The position numbers and the translations under genes are program-made. Below are positions 1 through 10,780 of a stretch of 64,000 nt of DNA, piece after piece; position 1 is the first letter of the stretch, and each line of letters begins with the position of its first letter. This stretch comes from Mytilus edulis (taxonomy: Eukaryota), in NCBI RefSeq assembly GCF_963676685.1, contig NC_092346.1, forward strand, positions 36,022,001 through 36,086,000, read 5' to 3'. The notes below the pieces were generated by a model. It saw only the letters and a list, made by a program, of their open reading frames with translations. It did no database searches and had not been told where the DNA came from.

Positions 1-915
1 GTAGATTCTTAATTTTTGGTCCCATTTTCAAATTGGTCTACATTAAGGTCCAAAGGGTCCAAAATTAAACTTAGTTTGAATTTAACAAAAATTGAATCCT
101 TGGGGTTCTTTGATATGCTGAATCTAAAAACGTACTTAGATTTTTGATTATTGGCCCAGTTTTCAAGTTGTTCAAATCAGGATCCAAAATTATTATATCA
201 AGTATTGTGCAATAGGTAGAAATTTTCAATTGCACCGTATTCAGCAATAGCATGAAATCTTCAATTGCAAAGTATTGTGCAATAGCAAGAAATTTTCAAT
301 TGCACAGTATTGCGCAAAAGCAAGAAATCTTCAATTACACAGTATTGTGCAATAGCAAATATTTTCAATTGCACAGTATTGCGCAATAGCAAGAAATATC
401 TAATTGCACAATATTGTGCAAAAGCAAGAAATTTTCAATTGGAGTTATCTTTTTTTTGTCCAGAATAGTAGTTGAATCAACTTAAATCATTGTTTTATAC
501 AATATACAATGTATATTCACTTTTACTACCAACTGATAAATTAAAACAATCTTTACCATTCAGTGATAACAAGCACTTTATTTTACAATTTAATATTTTA
601 TGATGTATTTAAATGAGTAGTTATTGTTGCAAACTCCATTAGAAATTTGAATTGAGATCAGTTTTGGAAAAAGGGAGAGGGGGATGTGAAAAAAAAAATT
701 TTGGGGGGGTTAAATTTTTCTCATTTCAGATTTCATAAATAAAAAGAAAATTTCTTCAAACATTTTTTTGAGATGATTAATATTCAACAGCATAGTGATT
801 TGCTCAAAGGCAAAAAAAAATATTTTTAGTTGAATGTTGTGTCCATACTTGCCCCAACCGTTCAGGGTTCAACCTCTGCGGTCGTATAAAGCTGCGCCCT
901 GCGGAGCATCTGGTT
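1..915 (+). mobile_element. 3' part of a Helentron/DINE-like non-autonomous element with internal tandem repeats
   Basis: Ends ...CGGTCGTATAAAGCTGCGCCCTGCGGAGCATCTGGTT (subterminal motif, terminal stem-loop, TT). A clearly related copy lies in reverse orientation at ~45945-46990. Family assignment is from structure only. Confidence 0.6.
199..440. repeat. ~39-bp minisatellite (about 6 units) inside the element
   Basis: Repeated CAGTATTGTGCAATAGCAAGAAATTTTCAATTGCA. Confidence 0.85.
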
Positions 916-1201
916 TCATATGATGTAAAAAGTTGATTTCAAATGTCATTTAAATTTTACGTTTTAGTTAATTTAATTTCTGGTCTAAGTTCAGAACTTG
1001 ATAACAAAAGTCAAAGTCCTGCCATTCTTTACACTCATGCTTTATACAAAACCTTTGACCCCTTCAAACAGTACCTTTCACTTGAATATTTACATAGTCC
1101 TGGACTTTTTATTCTTTAAAGTAAATTTGAACCTCTGATTAGATTACTCTCAAGACTTTAAGCATTATTTATAGCTGACATTTCATTTTATTCTTTTTCA
1201 G

Positions 1202-1370
1202 GTTTGTTGTATATGATCTTTAAACATGCGGTAGACCGCTACAATATCTATTTTGCATACAAGAGGTCACGATCATCAGATCAGGTAAGACTTGCTAGCA
1301 ATCAACTTTGTAGTGGTAGCTGTCATCATATTACAGTGTAATATTGTTTTCTTCATGATCGTCAAATCAG
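1202..1370 (+). CDS. TMEM63: TMEM63/CSC1-like (OSCA family) channel, exon encoding TM8-TM9; +1 frameshift as assembled
   Basis: Acceptor TTCTTTTTCAG at 1201. Translates (G)LLYMIFKHAVDRYNIYFAYKRSR, then after a 1-nt shift LAINFVVVAVIILQCNIVFFMIVKS-G|GTAAG (donor 1371). Matches my recollection of vertebrate TMEM63B GLMYMLLKHLVDRYNLYYAY...AVNQVVAAPILCLFWLLFFSTMRTG. Length is 169 nt where a phase 1-1 exon needs 3n. Confidence 0.85.
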
Positions 1371-4300
1371 GTAAGACTTGCTAGCAATTAACTTTGTAGT
1401 GGTAGCTGTCATCATATTACAGTGTACTATTGTCTTCTTCATGATCGTCAGATCAGGTAAGACCTGCTAGCAATTAACTTTGTAGTGGTAGCTGTCATCA
1501 TATTACAGTGTAATATTGTCTTCTTCACGATTGTCAGATCAGGTAAGACCTTCCTAGCAATCAACTTTTGAGTGGTCATGTTACAGGGTAATATTGTGTT
1601 CTTCACGATCGTCAGATCAGGTAAAACTTGCTAGCAATCAACTTTGTAGTGGTAGCTGTCATCATATTACAGTGTAATATTGTTTTCTTCATGATCATCA
1701 GATAAGGTAAGACTTGCTAGCAACCAACTTTGTAGTGGTAGCTGTCATCATGTTACAGTGTAATATTGTCTTCCTCACGATCGTCAGATCAGGTAAGACC
1801 TTCCTAGCAATCAACTTTGTAGTGGTAGCTGTCATCATGTTACAGTGTAATATTGTCTTCCTCACGATCGTCAGATCAGGTAAGACCTTCCTAGCAATTA
1901 ACTTTGTAGTGGTAGCTGTCATCATATTACAGTGTAATATTGTGTTCTTCACGATCGTCAGATCAGGTAAGACTTGCTAGCAATTAACCTTGTAGCGGTA
2001 GCTGTCATCATGTTACAGTGTAATATTGTCTTCTTCACGATTGTCAGATCAGGTAAGACCTTCCTAGCAATCAACTTTGTAGTGGTAGCTGTCATCATAT
2101 TACAGTGTAATATTGTTTTCTTTATGTTCATCAGATTAGGTAAGACTTGCTAGCCATCAAGTTTGTAGTGGTAGCTGTCATCATGTTACAGTGTAATATT
2201 GTCTTCTTCACGATTGTCAGATCAGGTAAGACCTTCCTAGCAATCAACTTTGTAGTGGTAGCTGTCATCATTTTACAGTGTAATATTGTTTTCTTTATGT
2301 CCATCAGATTAGGTAAGGCTTGCTAGCCATCAACTTTGTAGTGTTAGCTGTCTTTATGTTACAGTGTAATATTGTCTTCTTCACGATTGTCAGATCAGGT
2401 AAGACCTTCCTAGCAATCAACTTTGTAGTGGTAGCTGTCATCATATTACAGTGTAATATTGTTTTCTTTATGTCCATCAGATTAGGTAAGACTTGCTAGC
2501 CATCAACTTTGTAGTGTTAGCTGTCATCATGTTACAGTATAAAATTGTTTTCTTCACGATCATCAGATCAGGTAAGACTTGCTAGCAACCAACTTTGTAG
2601 TGGTAGCTGTCATCTTGTTACAGTGTAATATTGTCTTCTTCACGATCGTCAGATCAGGTAAGACCTTCCTAGCAATCAACTTTGTAGTGGTAGCTGTCAT
2701 CATGTTACAGTGTAATATTGTCTTCCTCACGATCGTCAGATCAGGTAAGACCTTCCTAGCAATCAACTTTGTAGTGGTAGCTGTCATCATGTTACAGTGT
2801 AATATTGTCTTCTTCACGATTGTCAGATCAGGTAAGACCTTCCTAGCAATCAACTTTGTAGTGGTAGCTGTCATCATATTACAGTGTAATATTGTTTTCT
2901 TAATGTCCATCAGATTAGGTAAGACTTGCTAGGCATCAACTTTGTAGTGTTAGCTGTCATCATGTTACAGTGTAAAATTGTTTTCTTCACGATCATTCGA
3001 TCAGGTAAGACTTGCTAGCAACCAACTTTGTAGTGGTAGCTGTCATCATGTTATAGTGTAATATTGTCTTCTTCATGATCGTCAGATCAGGTAAGACCTT
3101 CCTAGCAATCAACTTTGTAGTGGTAGCTGTCTTCATGTTACAGTGTAATATTGTCTTCTTCACGATCGTCAGATCAGGTAAGACCTTCCTAGCAATCAAC
3201 TTTGTAGTGGTAGCTGTCATCATATTACAGTGTAATATTGTTTTCTTAATGTCCATCAGATTAGGTAAGACTTGCTAGGCATCAACTTTGTAGTGTTAGC
3301 TGTCATCATGTTACAGTGTAAAATTGTTTTCTTCACGATCATCCGATCAGGTAAGACTTGCTAGCAACCAACTTTGTAGTGGTAGCTGTCATCATATTAC
3401 AGTGTAATATTGTCTTCTTCACGATCGTCAGATCAGGTAAGACCTTCCTAGCAATCAACTTTGTAGTGGTAGCTGTCATCATGTTACAGTGTAATATTGT
3501 CTTCTTCACGATCGTCAGATCAGGTAAGACCTTCCTAGCAATCAACTTTGTAGTGGTAGCTGTCATCATGTTACAGTGTAATATTGTCTTCCTCACGATC
3601 ACCAGATCAGGTAAGACCTTCCTAGCAATCAACTTTGTAGTGTTAGCTGTCATCATGTTACAGTGTAAAATTGTTTTCTTCACGATCATCAGATCAGGTA
3701 AGACTTGCTAGCAACCAACTTTGTAGTGGTAGCTGTCATCATGTTACAGTGTAATATTGTCTTCTTCACGATCGTCAGATCAGGTAAGACCTTCCTTGCA
3801 ATCAACTTTGTAGTGGTAGCTGTCATCATGTTACAGTGTAATATTGTCTTCTTCACGATCACCAGATCAAGTAAGACCTTCCTAGCAATCAACTTTGTAG
3901 TGGTAGCTGTCATCATGTTACAGTGTAATATTGTCTTCTTCACGATTGTCAGATCAGGTAAGACTTGCTAGCAATCAACTTTGTAGTGGTAGCTGTTATC
4001 ATATTACAGTGTAATATTGTCTTCTTCACGATCATCAGATAAGGTAGACTTGCTAGCAATCAACTTTGTAGTGGTAGCTATCATCATATTACAGTGTAAT
4101 ATTGTTTTCTTCATGATCGTCAGATCAGGTAAGACTTGCTAGCAATTAACTTTGTAGTGGTAGCTGTCATCATATTACAGTGTAATATTGTCTTCTTCAC
4201 GATTGTCAGATCAGGTAAGACCTTCCTAGCAATCAACTTTGTAGTGGTCATGTTACAGGGTAATATTGTGTTCTTCACGATCGTCAGATCAGGTAAAACT

Positions 4301-6680
4301 TGCTAGCAATCAACTTTGTAGTGGTAGCTGTCATCATATTACAGTGTAATATTGTTTTCTTCATGATCATCAGATAAGGTAAGACTTGCTAGCAACCAAC
4401 TTTGTAGTGGTAGCTGTCATCATGTTACAGTGTAATATTGTCTTCCTCACGATCGTCAGATCAGGTAAGACCTTCCTAGCAATCAACTTTTTAGTGGTAG
4501 CTGTCATCATATTACAGTGTAATATTGTTTTCTTCATGATCGTCAGATCAGGTAAGACTTGCTAGCAATTAACCTTGTAGCGGTAGCTGTCATCATGTTA
4601 CAGTGTAATATTGTCTTCTTCACGATTGTCAGATCAGGTAAGACCTTCCTAGCAATCAACTTTGTAGTGGTAGCTGTCATCATATTACAGTGTAATATTG
4701 TTTTCTTTATGTTCATCAGATTAGGTAAGACTTGCTAGCCATCAAGTTTGTAGTGGTAGCTGTCATCATGTTACAGTGTAATATTGTCTTCTTCACGATT
4801 GTCAGATCAGGTAAGACCTTCCTAGCAATCAACTTTGTAGTGGTAGCTGTCATCATATTACAGTGTAATATTGTTTTCTTTATGTCCATCAGATTAGGTA
4901 AGGCTTGCTAGCCATCAACGTTGTAGTGTTAGCTCTCTTTATGTTACAGTGTAATATTGTCTTCTTCACGATTGTCAGATCAGGTAAGACCTTCCTAGCA
5001 ATCAACTTTGTAGTGGTAGCTGTCATCATATTACAGTGTAATATAGTTTTCTTTATGTCCATCAGATTAGGTAAGACTTGCTAGCCATCAACTTTGTAGT
5101 GTTAGCTGTCATCATGTTACAGTATAAAATTGTTTTCTTCACGATCATCAGATCAGGTAAGACTTGCTAGCAACCAACTTTGTAGTGGTAGCTGTCATCA
5201 TGTTACAGTGAAATATTGTCTTCTTCACGATCGTCAAATCAGGTAAGACCTTCCTAGCAATCAACTTTGTAGTGGTAGCTGTCATCATGTTACAGTGTAA
5301 TATTGTCTTCCTCACGATCGTCAGATCAGGTAAGACCTTCCTAGCAATCAACTTTGTAGTGGTAGCTGTCATCATGTTACAGTGTAATATTGTCTTCTTC
5401 ACGAATGTCAGATCAGGTAAGACCTTCCTAGCAATCAACTTTGTAGTGGTAGCTGTCATCATATTACAGTGTAATATTGTTTTCTTAATGTCCATCAGAT
5501 TAGGTAAGACTTGCTAGGCATCAACTTTGTAGTGTTAGCTGTCATCATGTTACAGTGTAAAATTGTTTTCTTCACGATCATTCGATCAGGTAAGACTTGC
5601 TAGCAACCAACTTTGTAGTGGTAGCTGTCATCATGTTACAGTGTAATATTGTCTTCTTCACGATCGTCAGATCAGGTAAGACCTTCCTAGCAATCAACTT
5701 TGTAGTGGTAGCTGTCTTCATGTTACAGTGTAATATTGTCTTCTTCACGATCGTCAGATCAGGTAAGACCTTCCTAGCAATCAACTTTGTAGTGGTAGCT
5801 GTCATCATTTTACAGTGTAATATTGTTTTCTTAATGTCCATCAGATTAGGTAAGACTTGCTAGGCATCAACTTTGTAGTGTTAGCTGTCATCATGTTACA
5901 GTGTAAAATTGTTTTCTTCACGATCATCCGATCAGGTAAGACTTGCTAGCAACCAACTTTGTAGTGGTAGCTGTCATCATATTACAGTGTAATATTGTCT
6001 TCTTCACGATCGTCAGATCAGGTAAGACCTTCCTAGCAATCAACTTTGTAGTGGTAGCTGTCATCATGTTACAGTGTAATATTGTCTTCTTCACGATCGT
6101 CAGATCAGGTAAGACCTTCCTAGCAATCAACTTTGTAGTGGTAGCTGTCATCATGTTACAGTGTAATATTGTCTTCCTCACGATCACCAGATCAGGTAAG
6201 ACCTTCCTAGCAATCAACTTTGTAGTGTTAGCTGTCATCATGTTACAGTGTAAAATTGTTTTCTTCACGATCATCCGATCAGGTAAGACTTGCTAGCAAC
6301 CAACTTTGTAGTGGTAGCTGTCATCATGTTACAGTGTAATATTGTCTTCTTCACGATCGTCAGATCAGGTAAGACCTTCCTTGCAATCAACTTTGTAGTG
6401 GTAGCTGTCATCATGTTACAGTGTAATATTGTCTTCTTCACGATCACAAGATCAAGTAAGACCTTCCTAGCAATCAACTTTGTAGTGGTAGCTGTCATCA
6501 TGTTACAGTGTAATATTGTCTTCTTCACGATTGTCAGATCAGGTAAGACTTGCTAGCAATCAACTTTGTAGTGGTAGCTGTTATCATATTACAGTGTAAT
6601 ATTGTCTTCTTCACGATCATCAGATAAGGTAGACTTGCTAGCAATCAACTTTGTAGTGGTATCTGTAATCATGCTTCAGT
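1267..6680 (+). repeat. 86/87-bp tandem array (~62 units) derived from the TMEM63 exon 3' half and its donor site, organised as two higher-order blocks
   Basis: Unit GTAAGAC(TTG/CTTC)CTAGCAATCAACTTTGTAGTGGTAGCTGTCATCATRTTACAGTGTAATATTGTYTTCTTCACGATCGTCAGATCAG. Diagnostic variants and ORFs recur at a 2585-bp offset (1986/4571, 2563/5148, 3339/5924, 4041/6626). Confidence 0.97.
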
Positions 6681-7042
6681 TAAGGTTTACCTCTGTGTAC
6701 AGACTTACCTGTGCAGTTTAAAAAGAAAATTGTTTCAGAAAGATAAAATGTTTTTTTCGATTTTAATGGGCATTTTTTTTAAATGAAGTAAGTTGGAATA
6801 CAACTTTGATGTGCTCCCTATGAGGTAACAACTGTTTTGTTTTGTTTATTGATCGTCCTAGATTGGCATGGACAATTGACAGACAATAGATATCTACACA
6901 CCTATGGGTGAGTTAAAGAGTGTAAATGAATGGACCATTTTAAATGCAATTCAGGTATTTGTTTATTTTTACACCTTCTGCATAAACGAATAAATTGTGT
7001 AAACAAATTGCCTTTCAATTTTAAACCTCTTGTTACATATAG

Positions 7043-7164
7043 TTTCAGAAGGAACAAATGCAGTGTTTGTGTTTTCTTCTGTGTGTTTATTCTTGTCAGT
7101 TGTGATATTTATTGGCAAGGCATTCTTTGGATGGTTTAAATATCTAGATACCAATAGATATAAG
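7043..7164 (+). CDS. TMEM63: TMEM63 exon encoding TM10
   Basis: Phase-1 acceptor at 7042 (alternative in-frame AG at 7048). Translates SEGTNAVFVFSSVCLFLSVVIFIGKAFFGWFKYLDTNRYK, donor GTAATA at 7165. Resembles TMEM63B ...[32 protein letters not shown]. Confidence 0.88.
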
Positions 7165-8357
7165 GTAATAAAAACTTATACTTATAGACATTTATTTCTT
7201 TAAATTTTCTTTTTATTACAATTTCAATCAGCATGATCACTCTTTAACTCACAAAATCTTTCTTGATCTTGTATAGGGTAAAAGGTTTGCACCTTTATTT
7301 ATTTTAATTGTGAAGCTTGTTTAAAACGATTCTTTCTGTTATTTGATTGATGGAGTAAATTGTTTAATTTGACAATTTTGATAAATGTACTTTGTTTGTG
7401 TTTACTTGCAATTGATAAAATCAGATTGATAGAAATGTGAAAGTTGTTGAAACTTATAGAACCGTAAGCAGATCTTAGATATCAGATAGAAGTAAATCAG
7501 AAAATATTGCAGCATTGATAATGACACTCATATATCTTTCTTTTAAAAAATTAAATGATTCCTGTGGATTGGTTTATTTTTCGGGGTATTAATTTTCATG
7601 GGAAGTTATAGGTAAACCATGAATTAAGATGCTCTACAAAGTTCCAATTCATAATATCTATGAAAATTGTTCAAATAAAAGTGAATTCACAGTAGTTTAG
7701 ATAAAAATTTAGGTGGAAAAGCTTTATACTTTTTGTGTTTTTACAATTTAGGAAAATCTATTTTTATCACAGTCATTTTGTTGCAAGTTTTTCTAATTTA
7801 CTTCTAAAACCATTGAAAAATCATCTAAGTTAAGCTTTGCTAATTGTTGAAGCTTATTTGTGATTTAAAAGTTAACAATTTTTGAACAGCGGTATACTAC
7901 TGTTGCCTTTATTTATAGTCGCATCTTAAAGAATATCAATATTTATGGTCAGATTTGAAAACAAATAGCAATATAGTATGTTGATCTTTGTAGTAAATAA
8001 ATTATGTAAAAATTGTGTATTATTGACCTTTCAAAAATCATTCAAAGGAATTTTGCACAAATTAGAGCATATAAAAGGTTTAAGAAAGTAAGAGTTCAAT
8101 ACTGTGGATACATTTATTTTCGTGGGCACCAATATTCATGGATTGCGGAAATTTGCATTTTCGTGGATATTTGATTTCGTGGTTTTCAAAAAGTCAACAA
8201 TTAATCTTACCATAAATTGGAACAATTTGTTCCCAAGTTGAGATTTTTAATAATAGAGTTATACCTACCAGTTAAAATTGACATTATTGAACATTGACAT
8301 GTCTGTGTCATTTTTAGGCTTTTGTGGATAGTTGGCAATCATACCACATCTTCTTTT

Positions 8358-9100
8358 AAGCTCACCTGGTCCGTCGTCCGTCGTCGTCCTGCGTCCGTCG
8401 TCGTTAACTTTTACAAAAACCTTCTCTGTAACTACTGGGCCAAATTTAATCAAACTTGGCCACAATCATCATTGGGGTATCTAGTTTAAAAAATGTGTCC
8501 GGTGACCCGGCCAACCAACCAAAATGGCCGCCATTGCTAAAAATAGAACATAGGGGTAAAATGCAGTTTTTGGATTATAACACAAAAACCAAAGCATTTA
8601 AAGCAAATCTAACATTGGGTTAAATTGTTTATCAGGTCAAGATCTATCTGCCCTGAAATTTTCAGACGAATCGGACAACCTGTTGTTGGGTTGCTGTCCC
8701 TGAATTGGTAATTTTATGGAAATTTTGCTGTTTTTGGTTATTATATTGAATATTATTATAGATAGAGATAAACTGTAAACCGCAATAATGTACAGCAAAG
8801 TAAGACCTAAAAATAAGTCAACATGACCAAAATGGTCCCTAAGGAGTTATTGACCTTTATAGTCAATTTTTAACAATTTTCATAAAATTTGTAATTTTTT
8901 TCTAACATTTTCCACTGAAACTACTGGGCCAAGATCATTATAGATAGAGATAATTGTAAGCAACAAGAATGTTCAGTAAAGGAAGTTTTGCAAACACATC
9001 ACAATCACCAAAACACAATTTTGTCATGAATCCATCTGCTTCCTTTGTTTAATATTCACATATACCAAGGTGAGCGACACAGGCTCTTAAGAGCCTCTAG
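8358..9100 (+). mobile_element. Helentron-associated (HINE/DINE-like) non-autonomous element in the TMEM63 intron
   Basis: Subterminal inverted motif GCTCACCT...AGGTGAGC, (CGT/GTCC)n microsatellite near the 5' end, terminal hairpin AGGCTCTTAAGAGCCT, T-rich flanks. Confidence 0.75.
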
Positions 9101-9484
9101 TTTATATTTATTAAATTAGAATATAATTCGCGTTAACTAGTTCTCATCGCAAACATCTAGGTGATCTAGAAATAAAAACATCCCTAGGATGTTCGATCAC
9201 TCCACCTGTGTTATACAGGTGTAATGAATATTATTAAAAATTGAAATTCATTGAACATTTAAATTTGTGGTTTCCATCAAATTCCATGTATGAACGAGGT
9301 CCTCGAAAATTGGTATCTTAACAAATAATTAAATTCTTCAGAGAACAATTGAAGGTCTTTCCACCTCGATAATAAGAATGAAATTTAAAAAAGGATGTCA
9401 CTCCTTGTTGATGTAATTTAGTTCTTCAAATTGATATAAAAAATAAGATTAAAAGGTATATGTAGAACACTTAATTGTTTTATT

Positions 9485-10780
9485 AAGAACAGAAAATAAT
9501 TTTTAGCAACGGTCAAAATCTAGAACGTCAAATTGACCTTTGACCTTGACCTCAATTTCAAGGTCAAAGGTCAGTGATCTCAAATCAAAAGACCCCAGGT
9601 CAATCATTTGTATGGTTGTGGAGAAATACTGATTTCAAATACATTAGGGGAGAAAACTCCTACAAGGGTTAACCCAAACACTTCGACTGAAATAGTTTGA
9701 AGTTGTGCCTTTTTTTAAACAGTAATTTGGCAAACAAATCATATTATTTACTGTAACAGTTTCTTTTTAGTAACGATAACAAGCAAAATTCAAAATCTAT
9801 AACATGACCTTGACCCTCGACCTTGATCTCAATTTCAAGTTCATAGGTCAGTAAACTCAAAACGGAAGACCGGATGTCAATCACTTGTATGGTTGTGGAG
9901 AAATACTGATTTGAAATACATAAGGGGAGAAAACTCCTGTATCTTTCGTCCCTCTTCTATAAGGGTTAACCAAAACACTTTGACTGAAATAGGTTGAAGT
10001 TGCGCCTTATTGTAAACAGTTATTTCGCAAACACATCATATCATTTACTGTCACAGTTTCTATGGCATAACGATAACAAGCAAAATTCAAAATTTAGAAC
10101 TTGACCTTTACCTTTGACCTTGGTCTCAATTTCAAGGTCATAGGTCAGTGATCTCAAAACGGAAGACTGGAAATCACTTGTATGGTTGTGGAGAAATACT
10201 GATTTGAAATACATAAGGGGAGAAAACTCCTATTAGGGTTAACCAAAACACTTCGACTGAAATAGGTTGAAGTTGCGCCTTATTGTAAACAGTTATTTGG
10301 CAAACACATCATATCATTTTCTGTCACAGTTTCTGTGGTATAACGATAACAAGCAAAATTCAAAATTTAGAACTTGACCTTGACCTTTGACCTTGACCTC
10401 AATTTCCTTCAAATGGACCAAGGATTTCATATCAAAAGACTGTAGGCCTCTACGACTTATAACGTATGAATTTATCCAACAAATCGCCTATCTTAAATTT
10501 TCAAAGGAAAATAACTCCCATAAGATGTCTTCCGATCAGTCAAGTCAAAATACACCAAATGCTTCTCAAGAGTAGACGAACAATTTGGTGCAAACAGTTT
10601 GCTAAAATCTTTTACGGTTTTAGAGATATAGCGATAACAAGAAAAAAAGGACGCGGGGAGATAACTCCTATAAGAATAAGTGCTCGGACAAAAAAGCATC
10701 TCAGACGGCAGAAGAAAAAAAAAATAATCAGAAGAAAAAAAAATAATCAGAAGAAAAACTTTTCGTGGAAAGACCTAATA
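9485..10780 (-). mobile_element. Repeat element with ~270-290-bp internal tandem units (3 plus a partial)
   Basis: TGACCTTTGACCTTGACCTCAATTTCAAGGTC blocks recur at ~9535, ~9805, ~10100 and ~10375, followed by conserved TTGTATGGTTGTGGAGAAATACTGATT in the full units. Probably Helentron-like. Confidence 0.6.

Noticed and set aside
1698-6528. Minus-strand repeat ORFs (MMTATTTKLIARKVLPDL...)
   Set aside because: They are antisense shadows of 87-bp (3n) units with no independent evidence. The + frame is the one matching TMEM63.
1714-6556. Plus-strand 67-117-aa repeat ORFs as standalone genes
   Set aside because: Most begin at non-ATG codons and are simply runs of 87-bp units between 86-bp units. 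They are treated under the array findings.
1267-6680. CRISPR-like array
   Set aside because: There are no unique spacers, units are near-identical along their whole length, the context is eukaryotic and no cas genes are present.
6862-6907. Candidate 46-nt exon (CCTAG|...|GTGAGT) between the array and the TM10 exon
   Set aside because: From the phase-0 donor it contains an in-frame TGA, and from a phase-1 donor it shifts the frame. At most a poison or cryptic exon, with no support.
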